From Tubulanus polymorphus (lineage: Eukaryota; Animalia; Nemertea): a DNA stretch of 64,000 nt. The DNA lies in NCBI RefSeq assembly GCF_964204645.1, contig NW_027437456.1, positions 1 to 64,000 of the forward strand. The letters are read 5' to 3'. The translations under genes were made by a program, and so were the position numbers. Below the pieces are notes generated by a model that was not told where the DNA came from, did no database searches, and saw only the letters and a list, made by a program, of their open reading frames with translations. Shown here in pieces: positions 36,201-48,438 of the stretch (positions within the stretch are counted from its first letter, which is position 1; every line of letters begins with the position of its first letter).

Positions 36201-37115
36201 CGGTAGGAATGACCGTCATTAGTTAATGTTATTTTTCCCGCACGGCTGTATCATTTTCGATACTTATAGGTAGTGTTTCATTGTCTAAGCGATAGCTGAA
36301 AAATAAGCAATTCTACACAATTTGTGCCTTTGAAGGAATGGGAATCTTATTAGCATGAATCAAAAAGGATTGAAGAAAGAGATTTATTGTATACACCCGA
36401 TAGATTCTATCACAATACAATAATATACCCCGTGCGGAATTATTTCACTAGTGAAATGGACCCTCACATGGTGAGTACTAATTGAGTTCAAATTATTGTT
36501 GATATGTCATAAAGATGATGTGATGCAGCTGGGATTACTGTACGGGAGAGACTCAATACAGATGTATCGTCAGAAATGAGACCAAAAAGAATTATGCAAA
36601 AACCTTTTTGAAGGAAGCAACATAAACAATTTCTAAAAACGCTGCTTTTACTCTCATGGTTTAGAATTAGTTAGACTGAAACCCAGGGGATGGCAGCACC
36701 AGCTGGATAGTGCCTCTCGGTGGAATAAAGCTGTCTTATCTATATCTATAGCCAAGCTTCGACGGTAATCCACAGGCAGTCAAGTAGATTTACGAAGACA
36801 TTGATTGACCCATCACTAGGCACCACAGTCTAAATTCAAGAATTGATCGCTTTTGTTCCAAAGATGAGGCACAATTAGTGTTTTTAGGCAAGAGCACGGG
36901 AGATTAAAATGCATATAGGTAATCCTCATGAAAACATGTACGGCCCAGTTTCTTGATGAGTACAACTGCAAAAATGGATAGAAAATCAAGGCATATAACT
37001 GAAAAAATGTTCTTTCATAGATAGACAAGATCTGTTTATTGTAACATATCTAAAAAATTACAAGCTCATAATTTTCTTGCTTGAGAAATGTATGACTTAT
37101 GCTTGGAAATGAATA

Positions 37116-37300
37116 CAGGGTTGCCAATCTCTGAAATGTGCTATCAGTAATAATTTTTTTTCTGTAACGTTTCATTGAAAAATGAAAGAAAATGTTCAAA
37201 TTAATCAGTAATCAACAGCAAGCTCCCCAGTAACATCTCTCACATTTCTGTTAAAATCAATCAATAATCAACAGTGAGATCATCAGTAACATCCTTCAAC
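37116..37300 (+). mobile_element. MITE fragment (cagggttgccaa end) abutting the truncated Helentron helicase
   Basis: cagggttgccaatctctgaaat..tatcagtaa is related to the reverse complement of 3290-3443 (..gaggttggcagccctg). Confidence 0.55.
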
Positions 37301-37304
37301 AACT

Positions 37305-37956
37305 TTATGCATCAAACAAATCAAATGGGATCATTATATCTTTCAATTCTACAATTTTAAATATATCAGTCCATAAATCAACAGTGTTATTAGGGGCAGA
37401 GTAGAGCGGTTTACCTTTCACAGGTGGATAGAAATCGCCGACAGCTATTATACTGACATTACCAAATGGTGAATAATCTGCGCACTGTTTAATCTGTCGC
37501 AATCTTCCATGCACATACCCAAGCATTTTATGATCAACCATTGAAATTTCATCAATTATAACAATTCGAAGACTGTTGAATTTCATTCGTAATTCTGATA
37601 TTTTTTCATCACCTAGAGGAACATATGGTAATTTTGCCCCTATGTTTATAGCAAAAGGTGTTGTGTATAGTTGTAGCCCCTATGTTGTAGGCAGCAACAC
37701 CTGTTGGTGCGATCAGGCAAACAGTTACATCATCAGGGTTTGTAGCAGTCTTAGCAAGTATTCGTGATGCCTCATAATTAATAGCCTTAATAAGGTGTGA
37801 TTTTCCTGTACCAGCGCCTCCAGTTAAAAATAAATGAAATGGTTGCGGATTCCTTCCGTTTACAAAATCGATACACCACTGTCTGACTCTGTAAAATACC
37901 TCTTTCTGCTGAATGTTTAAAGAGCGAATTGTTTTCCAGGCAGAGTATTTGTTCAT
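37305..37956 (-). pseudogene. PIF1-type SF1 helicase, motifs I-III (RepHel C-terminal part)
   Basis: FLTGGAGTGKSHLIK (Walker A), [17 protein letters not shown] (Walker B) and [13 protein letters not shown]. Confidence 0.92.
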
Positions 37957-38100
37957 TGAATTTGATTTTTCAATTGCATAGTTTCGTGTAGATATTTGTC
38001 CATCGGGGTCTTGTAAATCTGGAATATCATTAGGGTCACTTTCATCATCATCTATAGAAGAACGAGATGTAGATTCATCATTAGTCTCAAGTCGTTCATG

Positions 38101-40305
38101 TTAAGATTCAGGTGCAATTTGGGCCCATGCATCTTCATATTCATCACACATGTTCAACATTTCATAGGCCATGTCAAATGTGTCAATATCTGCTTCAAAC
38201 CAACTGCGATGTTCATTGACAATTTCTTTGACACTTACTAACGGCCCTAATCCTATACGCACATGTCCTGTTTCATAGAAATTTTCATAAGTTTCAAATC
38301 CTGGGGGTTTCAATTGTATATCCTGTCGATACGGCAGAAATAATTGTAGACTGGTTTGAAAGTGTTTTTCTGGTTGTTTCGTTTGAGAAAATCGGGCATA
38401 TCTGACAACTGCAGGGGCTGTGTTTGTTCGCTCTCTGATATATCCAGTGTCATTTTTCAATGCTATGCTGCTTTCATTCACTTGTGATTTGGCTAAAATT
38501 CTGTATTTAGAGCAAAACTGTGCGAGACACATTTTTTCCTCATCATCAGGGCGATTTTGATAGCGTTCTACAATACCTGTCATCCATACGTCATCATCAT
38601 TCAAATCATGATCAGCGTTACGTGATTGCAATACACTCAAGGGTTTGCTCAATTTAATGATATTGTCACCAGTTGGAATAAACTGAACTTTTCTTGAACC
38701 TTCTTTCATTATTAAATTACATACGCGATACACTGCTTCTTGTGCAGAGACTTCACGATTATGTAGGGAGGTTGACCCAAGAGATTTAATGGCTTGTTTA
38801 GCGCTTTGATTATCCTCTGCAGCCTCCGCCCTGGTGTGTTCTAACAAAAGACCCATTTCTCGCTCACTCTTTGAGATATATGACACAATAAATACTACGC
38901 ATGCGAATGCATCAGTCACATATTGGATGTCCATATTTGCTTGCCAGGCTCTCAATAATGCAGGATTGTATTGATTTACCCAACATTCATTTGGTTCTCT
39001 TTTCAACACAACACCATTTTTACGCGATAGACAACGATAAGCTTCTTCAAACATATCTTGTGTGATACCAATTGATCTGAATAATGATTCTGTTGTTGTT
39101 AACTCAGTTAACTCTGTATTCATTATTTTCCACACAGTACCAAGTATCTATTTTGCTCTAGCTGGGCTCATTGCATTCATAGCTGCATCATGTTGTATTT
39201 TCTGAATTTCTTCATCTGGTTCATTGCTTGTTGGAGGGGCTTCATATTTCATTTGAGTTAGAAATGTTTGTAGGGATGGATTTCTGGGGAAATTGAACCT
39301 GCATACAGTACCTTTTTTACGACATGTCTTAGAATGTCTTTTACTATGCATTTGGACACTGGTGGCAACCTCATGCAATTCAGGATCTTTGGATTCTTCA
39401 GGCAATCTGCAGGTTATGTATCTATCTACAAACTCAGTGACATCAACGTCATCATCGATTCCTGACTTAGGTGCATCTTTCACCCATATCAAAGCATGAA
39501 CATGTGGGCTGCCGCGCATCTGGAATTCTACACGATAAAAGTAGTCCTGTATTTCACCAATCGGTTGTGCAGGGGACTTGATAACAGTGTTGAGGAACGT
39601 ACGAAATCTATGATCAAACATCCTGGCTGCAGTTACTGGGTTTCGTCTCAATATACCACATTTCACGGACCATGACATGTCTCTCACAGGCTTATCACAA
39701 CCATCAACTCCAATTATAGCCTCTAAATGGTCCTCCCATCTCATTTCAGCTGCAGAGAATGACACAAAGAATGTTGGCACACCTAATTGTCTTACCATAG
39801 CCAGCAAGTCTTTTTGAGCAGCTTCCCAGAACGGAGGTGTTCCTCTGATAGGTTTTAAAAACTTATAACCGTCATTATGTTTCAACAATTCGTTCATATT
39901 TTCAATGTTTTTCAAAGTATTCAAGTCAATATTCAAACTTTTCTTACCATCTTTCACTCCTTTCCGCAATGCAATTGAGACATTTGAGTTGACCTGGTTG
40001 ATTTCAGACAAACACTGTGCATAAATTATGTAATCCGTGTTTCTCGAGAATCTAGGGTCGGCATTCATTAAACGTGTGTGTAAGTAGCGTGATAAAGTAA
40101 TCCTGTGTCCTCGAATATCATGATATGTAAATCTACCTGTCGGAAAGAGAGTGGGGAAACACCTGGCCTCCTCATTCTCAGTACCAGTCAAAATGTTTAT
40201 TGGGCTATTATCTTCAGCAGGAGCCACACACAAAATGTCGTCGAAATGTGCGTCAAGAATTTCCTGGCCGATATTAATTGGTTGCAGGCAGGATTTCATG
40301 TACAT
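38101..40305 (-). pseudogene. Helitron Rep (HUH endonuclease) region
   Basis: PTFFVSFSAAEMRW, YFYRVEFQMRGSPHVHALIW (HUH), [22 protein letters not shown] (tyrosine motif, first Tyr position is Phe) and [12 protein letters not shown] stop separates the two ORFs. Confidence 0.92.
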
Positions 40306-41289
40306 TCCATGCAGATTTTCAGCATCAGTTTCTTCCTGGTAGTTGACATCATTTTGTCCTTGTGCTGTGGAATTATTGTCAAGATTGGGCAGTTCTTCAT
40401 TTTCAATTGTTTCTGTATCTAATATCTCATCCTCAAGGGATCATCTCTCAGATACTTCATTGACTTCTTCAAGCGGGTTATTCCACTCATAGTTTAATTT
40501 CACATCTCGATAATGCGGATTAATTGATTTCAATGTACACAACGCGTCCATTATCTTTTTCTGCTCAACGAATTGATACTTGTAATGTCCTTTGAATGTA
40601 AGTTTTCGTTTCAATTTTACCTTCATTATTTGATCATCAGAAGAATTTCGTGGTAATATGTCTGTTGTTTTTTTTACATTGCTCGGAACACATACGACTG
40701 GCCCATGAGATCCGTGCTGACCTTGTTTCGGTAAAGCTATCATTTTAATGAATGGTATGTTTATTGAAACGAGATGAACTTCTAGCGAATTCAGTTGTGT
40801 GAGCATATCGGGAATACTTTCTAATTGCAAGTTATTTACAGCAGCTTCACAAGGTACAGTAGCTGACAGTAATTTACTGTGACAACAATGACATATCCAT
40901 GATTTTCCACAGGGTTGATCTTTCAAGATACATGACTGAGAGCAAGTATTGCTACATGTATGTAGATAGGTATCTGTTATGCATTCTCGCGCAACAGCTT
41001 GTGTTTGGAACGTGTTTGGAACTGCGAGTACTATACATGCTAACATCCAATCTTTTCACCTGATTATGAAAAAGTAAACGTTGACAAACAGCACATACAT
41101 ATTCAGGGCCTCTCTTTGCTGTGTCCCGAAATATTGATATCACATAATTGAAATCCAATTTCTTCACCTTTTCATTTTCCCGCCTAAAATTATTTTGGCC
41201 TTTGATAAAATTTTTGAATATCGGGTCGTGTGCATACCTATCTATACTGTGGGTTATTCACAATATGTTGATGGTCCAAATTAGTTTTG

Positions 41290-41660
41290 TATTTGTCAAT
41301 GCTGTAGCATTTGACCCTTTCTTGATGCTGAATGTCCTTTCGATATTTCCCAATACTGTATGTCTTAACGTGGTCTCGATGCTCAATGTCGTTCCGATAT
41401 TTCTCAATACTGTATGTCTTAACTTGGTCTCGATGCTCAGTGTCGTTCTGATATTTCTCAATACTGCATGTCTTAACTTGGTTTCGATGCTCAGTGTCCT
41501 TTCGATATTTCTCAATAATGTATGTCTTAACTTGGTCTCGATGCTCAGTGTCGTTCTGATATTTCACAATACTGTATGTCTTTACTTGGTCTCGATGCTC
41601 AGTGTCATACTGATATTTTGCAAAACTGCATTTCCTGACTTGTTCTCGATGCTGAGAGTC
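41290..41660 (-). repeat. 57-bp coding tandem repeat (19-aa units) within RepHel
   Basis: About 6-7 units of KYQNDTEHRDQVKTYSIE in ORF 41238..41885. Confidence 0.88.
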
Positions 41661-41796
41661 ACTTTTATATTTCTGTATACTGTACGCTTTCACCTGATTT
41701 CGAAATACATCATCCTGTTTATAGTTCATAGCGGCTTTCCTTTTCAGATTATTACAATAGTTACGATCATCGTGGTATTTCTTAACAGTATTTAAT

Positions 41797-43089
41797 TTAA
41801 TCTGCTGGCGGAATTCCAAACTGTTGCTGTACTTCATTTTTTTTCCCTGTGTTTTGGTTTTGGCGATAAGATTCATCGTTCTCATATTTTAGAGATGCAT
41901 ACGTTATCATCTTGTTGCGATACAGTTTATCCTGCCGATAGTGCTGATTATCGTAACGCCTTTTGACTGCTTTCCTGTTCCTGATTTGATCTTCACGTTT
42001 GTTATTGGTGGCATAATTTATTGAATTATACTCGTTCCCGCACCATGCGCATATTTTATCATATACATCAGAACAGTTTACGCACACAACAACCTCATAG
42101 TGCATACCACTACTGTTTCTAAGATAAATATTACCATTGGATTCATATTGATGTTTAACAGTGGCTAAAACTGAACCTGAAAATTGTTGCCATTGGTCAT
42201 CTATATGCGTATAGATATCTATATGCAGTAAATCAGCTGTGGCCAATGTTTCAACTTCAGTCGCCCATGTCTGTACGTATTTCAACCGGGATGCTTCAAT
42301 ATATTGATCTACAGTAATATCTGGATTTCTCAAATGCGGTTGAAACCTCTTTGCGTTGTGTTTCATGTGGTTTACTACTTTTGTACGTATGACCCTGTGA
42401 TAGTTTTCAGTTCCACAGATAGAATAAGAGATAGCTCTGAAAAAACAGTTACCATCACCTTTTATCTTATGGGTACTGCATGGTGAGCCGAGCGGTCCAG
42501 TATATGCAGGCATACAGTCATATCCTAGTTCAGCCATTGGAATACCTACAACAGATCGTGCTGGTATATCTAGAATAGAGCATAATGACAAACACTGCAC
42601 TTTTTCTAGAGGTCTGTATACTAGTGAGGTGTGATGTATGGAGCTACCCACAACTATAACATCATCATCAAAGACTTCATTTAAATGGGACGGTTTTGGT
42701 CGATTGAGGCTGCGTGTGGTTAATGTTTCTCCTGTAAGATCCTTTTGATCACAGCAGTTTATATCAACACCTGTTATTTCATATTGCATCGGTTCAATTA
42801 AATTCATAGAGGCGGTAAGTCTGTGACAATGTTTTTCTAATTCATTTAAACTTCTATGACTTACTATCACGGCAAATCCATCAGCAGTCATCATTCCATT
42901 TGAGTCACGTGAATGAGAGTCGAATACCCAGTACACACCATCCTGATTCAAAACACAAAATGTATTACCAGCAAATGTAACAAAGCAAGCATCATATTCA
43001 TCTAGTATTGTGTGTAAACATTCAGACAATTCCATAATTACACCAAACTTTCCGGCTTTCTTATGCAGAAGGCAGTTTGAATAGGCCAC
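41797..43089 (-). pseudogene. RepHel N-terminal region: herpes-tegument-like cysteine protease fragment plus OTU deubiquitinase domain
   Basis: YWVFDSHSRDSNG; the OTU motifs are IKGDGNCFFRAIS, WATEVETLATADLL and IYLRN..HYEVV. Confidence 0.8.
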
Positions 43090-43093
43090 TGAA

Positions 43094-43249
43094 CAGTGTT
43101 TTCAATAAGAGCCAGGTCCCAGACCTGTCTGTTGTTTGTAAAGGACCTGCCTGTTTTTCAAACCAGCTTTCATTTCAGGGACTGTGACAAATGGGACCCT
43201 CCTCTTTTACAAAGGGACCTGGCTTGTTAATTTCTTAATGAAAACACTA
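43094..43249. mobile_element. Short MITE (cagtgttttca TIR)
   Basis: cagtgttttcaataaga ... tcttaatgaaaacacta, with internal gggacct repeats. Confidence 0.6.
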
Positions 43250-44482
43250 CTGAAGTAAGTGGATATTTTGCTGCTGCAACATTATTTTAGTAATTACAAC
43301 AAAAATTACAGCAAAATGTACCTGTAAATGCTAACTGGAATATTCAGTTTTCAGTAAAATATCCACTACTTGCTCGTAGGGCTGGCAGGCGATGCCTATA
43401 GGACATGCATGATCGTTAGAATAAAGCGTTCATAATAATTAGTGTCAACAAGCGTCATCCAGCGTCAACCGATCAGAATTCAACGTCAAGGGGTTGATTT
43501 AGGAACCCAAGTCTATCTAAAGTTAGGGACATACGAGTGTATTTTTTCGCCTGATCGCGACGATTAAATTCGCCAGCGAATTAGTACGTCTGATACGAGT
43601 GGGTACAGGTAGCGATCAAACCAAAATTCAGTCAGTGACTGCCACTTAGTGCGAGAGAGTTAACAAATCACATGATATCAACAATGCATCCTAGTGGTTG
43701 ATAAAAATGCCATTTTATGGATCGCTCGGCGAAATTCGCCGAGTGCGGGCAGACGAGCTAATTTGCGGACCATTCGATCGGCGTAAATATCAAACAAGTT
43801 TGTTTGATACGGGCGATTCGCCGGGCAATAGTCGGCCGACGAAATCATCATCATCATCACCGTGAGTGGTGACACGAGCGATTTTTTTAGTCGATTTATA
43901 AAGTTGCCGTGATCGGGCAAAAAAATACGCTTGTGTGTCCCTACAGCAACATGAATTAAAATTAAAACTGACCAAAATAAGTAATTCGTGGAAAATGACT
44001 AACGAACTGCAAGATAAGCCTAATTTGTCAATTGACTTAGGCCTGGTATTGTCATTCCCGGCAGAAAATTTATTTAGAAATGCTAATAAGTTATTAATTT
44101 GTCGCTTGTTGACGTTTTTAAATCTTGACACAAAACGTTGAAACTTGGGTTGTTGACGCGCCGCTAATTTAGTAATTAGCATACCCAAAATAAAGTACTA
44201 TTTTCTGATTAACCTACCTATCAAATTCGAAGGCCCTAATGCGGAGAAAATCTGATGCCAGGTTTATTAACACACGGCGAAGTTAGAACTGCCGAGTTAG
44301 ACGAGACTAGTTAGTAGAGGATTATATAAGATTAAGATGCCTGCCTTCTCTCTCCAAATTTCGTCGATAACAATTTACCGACTCAGTGGGCCTAGCTGCG
44401 GCGCTCGTGCGCGTGTAGTTTACCAGTTTACTGGAAGCTCAGTGAAACGACACGATTGTTCACAGCGACGCTTCGCGCAATC

Positions 44483-45778
44483 CACAGGGACTTGTCACGA
44501 TTGATAATGGATGAGACCAATGATGGGGGTACCAGTATCCCTGCTACTGTATAATAAAATAACAAGGGTGGCAACAAATTTTCAATCTGACAATGACTTC
44601 TCCACTTCAATCGACTGTAATTCCAAAAATTCTGAACCGATTCACATGAAATAAGCTTTAATACAACCTAGAAGACTTTCTGCTTCGAACGAGCCTTCAA
44701 CCACCACTCTTGGACAATTATCTCACAACGAAATCACCTTTTTTTGACGAGAGATAGCTCAAAATGGAGGTCTACCGATTCTATGGTGGACAGCAAAATG
44801 GTCGTTTTTTTCACTTCAAACGATGATTTCTATGTGAGATCTTAGAGAAAACCCCAACAAACCATACATTTTTTAAAACTACGCGGTCATACTTGTACGC
44901 TTATTTCATTTATTTGTATAATCCACGCGATGGGTGAGCTCACAAGCTCAAAATCGAAAATGAGGACGAACACGGCGTTCAACTTGTCATCAACTGGGCG
45001 GCCATTTATCACGTGATATCGTAGTAACGGGCTAAATATTTCACGCGCACTGATTGGCTTAGAGATTTCGAAAAACATTACAAAATTTATTAAAAGTTCT
45101 GTTAATTAATAAAATATCCGTATTATGAAAATATAGTGCAACATTCGTCTGAGGGGTGGTATTATTAGTAAATATTTCCTTTTTTCAAGTCTACAGACGT
45201 AGACTTGTCGCGGTTCTATTAACATAGCCCGAACCTATTCACGTCACGTGATTAATGGCCGTCAGCGCGATAGTGCGAGGTGACTTTTTCGTATATTTGT
45301 TCGATTTTGAGCTTGTGAGCTCACCCATCGCGTGGATTATACAAATAAATGAGATAAGCGTACAGGTATGACCGCGTAGTTTTAAAAAATGTATGGTTTG
45401 TTGGGGTTATCTCTAAGATTTCACATAGAAATCATCGTTTGAAGTGAAAAATACGACCATTTTGCTGTCCACCATAGAATCGGTACACCTCCAATTTGAG
45501 CTATCTCTCGTCCAAAAACGGAGATTTCGTTGTGAGATAATTGTCCTAGAGTGGAAGTTAAAGGCTCGTTCGAAGCAGAAAGTCTTCTAGGTTGTATTAA
45601 AGCTTATTTCATGTGAATCGGTTGAGAATTTTTGGAATTACAGTCGATTGAAGTGGAGAAGTCATTGTCAGATTGACAATTTGTTGCCACCCTAGTTTTT
45701 TATATTATACAGGGATAGTGGACCTGGTCATTGATATTGGTTTTATTCATTCACTATCAATTGTGACAAGTCCCTGTG
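44483..45778. repeat. About 1.3-kb foldback (inverted repeat arms of about 480 bp)
   Basis: 44560-44957 is a near-identical reverse complement of 45300-45700. Weaker symmetry extends outward to 44483/45778 and inward to 45000-45034/45224-45260. Confidence 0.92.
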
Positions 45779-48438
45779 TCGCAATCAAACAGAAAGTTAG
45801 CATCAGAAGGATGGATCACTTTCAACGTACACAAAATGGCGATCGCCCTTCCGTTGAATTGAATTGCCGTTGTAGGGAATCGGCATACGAAACGGACGGC
45901 ACTCGGACGATAGTCCGATCCGCGCAACAATCCGACGACCATCGTAACACCCCGAAATTGTTTATAGCATTGCAAACACTATTTTATTTAATAACGTATC
46001 ATGAATAAAATTTAAAGATTGGGCTTCATGTATCAGGTAGGCTGTATGAATTTTTTTTCAGTTAAAAATGTAGCAAAATTGAAATTCTTGTTGTTGATAT
46101 AATTCATTTGTTATATAGGCATTTCATTGATCAAATGAATATGAAGATCAGGAGAGCTAATCAGCTGCTTGAAGAAGTTTGTCAGGTAGGGCCTAAATTG
46201 TCATTGTTGTTGTGATGACATATTCTATGTCTTCAACATTTTTTAACAGAAATCACTTTTATTCACTGGTATTTTCTGTTTTAGGTTTATGGTTTTACAA
46301 CATTTATCAGTCATGATGACTTTGATGAATATCTAAATGACTTTTTGTGTGCCGATGGATTTCATTTTAGTCGGCTTGGTATCAAGAAGATGGCGGCTTC
46401 TTTATTTGAAAACATGAGATGGTAAGCAGAATAGTATTTAATTGTAACCGCAAACATGGAGTTTTTCATTAAGACCTTTATCTCATGTGTGACCTGTTAC
46501 TCGGGTTGGTTTTCTATAAGATCAATAAGCAGTAGTGTTTGCAGCTTTCGTTATCTGACTATATGGGTTATTGTGGTTGACAATTCTTCGAAAATACTGT
46601 TTGCTAATTATCTACCAACCGACCAACCAGTAGTTTGACCTAATAAAAAACATGCATTTTGTAATACATCGGTTGAGAATTTTTGGAATTACAGTCGATT
46701 GAAGTGGAGAAGTCATTGTCAGATTGACAATTTGTTGCCACCCTTGTTTTTTATATTATACAGGGATAGTGGACCTGGTCATTGATATTGGTTTTATTCA
46801 TTCACTATCAATTGTGACAAGTCCCTGTGGCGCAATCAAACAGAAAGTTAGCATCAGAAGGATGGATCACTTTCAACGTACACAAAATGGCGATCGCCCT
46901 TCCGTTGAATTGAATTGCCGTTGTAGGGAATCGGCATACGAAACGGACGGCACTCGGACGATAGTCCGATCCGCGCAACAATCCGACGACCATCGTAACA
47001 CCCCGAAATTGTTTATAGCATTGCAAACACTATTTTATTTAATAACGTATCATGAATAAAATTTGAAGATTGGGATTCGCTTGGAAATATGACACATATA
47101 TTTCATGTAAATCGGTCACTTGAAAGAAGAAACAATTAATTAGACCGTTTGAATTTGATTTGTATTTATTTAATTCCGGGATTATAGACTGGTTGCCTGT
47201 CCCATTCAAATTGAAGATAGATACCGGTAACCAGTCTACCTGGATTAAAGCTGTATAGGCAACAAACTCCACATTCACGAATTACGTGGCTGTCAGATTG
47301 CAAAAACCGTTTAATAAACAGACCGCATTCAAGCAAAAAATGGATGCTGAAACCGATTTTTCAAAATGTACGCCCCTAGTGGTTAAAATAGGAACTAATC
47401 ATGTGAGGGGTTCGTTCCATTTAGTAACCAGGTACATGTGAATGAATTTTTATAGAAATCCATTGATACTCCTAGTCGATATAGATGAAAATGCGTTTTC
47501 CAGGGTATTTATAACTGCTTAAGATAAAGTAATGAAATATCGAATGCTTTCATCTTTTGTCTCTCCAAATAAGAAAATTATCATTTTGCCGTAATCTGGC
47601 CAATATTAACACTTGGTGAGAAAATACTTGTGAAAAGATAGTTGGATTTATGCTAACAACTTTTTTATTAACCTTGAATAATGTAACCGAAATAACTGAT
47701 ATTGATTTTCATTACAGGGCCGAAGTCCAGTGAATGTGCGGGATGAGATGGTGTGCCTTTTCAGCAGACTACGATCATTCAACCCACAGTGCCTGATATA
47801 TGTATCAGGTAGGCTGTATGAATTTTTTTCAGTTAAAAATGTAGCAAAATTGAAATTCTTGTTGTTGATATAATTCATTTGTTATATAGGCATTTCATTG
47901 ATCAAATGAATATGAAGATCAGGAGAGCTAATCAGCTGCTTGAAGAAGTTTGTCAGGTAGGGCCTAAATTGTCATTGTTGTTGTGATGACATATTCTATG
48001 TCTTCAACATTTTTTAACAGAAATCACTTTTATTCACTGGTATTTTCTGTTTTAGGTTTATGGTTTTACAACATTTATCAGTCATGATGACTTTGATGAA
48101 TATCTAAATGACTTTTTGTGTGCCGATGGATTTCATTTTAGTCGGCTTGGTATCAAGAAGATGGCGGCTTCTTTATTTGAAAACATGAGATGGTAAGCAG
48201 AATAGTATTTAATTGTAACCGCAAACATGGAGTTTTTCATTAAGACCTTTATCTCATGTGTGACCAGTTACTCGGGTTGGTTTTCTATAAGATCAATAAG
48301 CAGTTGTGTTTGCAGCTTTCGTTATCTGACTATATGGGTTATTGTGGTTGACAATTCTTCGAAAATACTGTTTGCTAATTATCTACCAACCGACCAACCA
48401 GTAGTTTGACCTAATAGAAAACATGCATTTTGTAATAC
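45618..48438 (+). repeat. Recent tandem segmental duplication; the first copy lacks about 730 bp
   Basis: 45618-46025 matches 46669-47075 and 46028-46667 matches 47800-48438. The ORF pairs 45673/46724 and 46456/48227 are near-identical. Confidence 0.92.

Larger units (their letters stand above)
37305..43020 (-). mobile_element. Helitron of Helentron type: degenerate RepHel coding region, 3'-truncated within the helicase
   Basis: Collinear minus-strand ORFs give cysteine-protease domains, tandem repeats, a CxxC zinc finger, the HUH Rep and a PIF1-type helicase. They are broken by stops and frameshifts. Confidence 0.92.
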
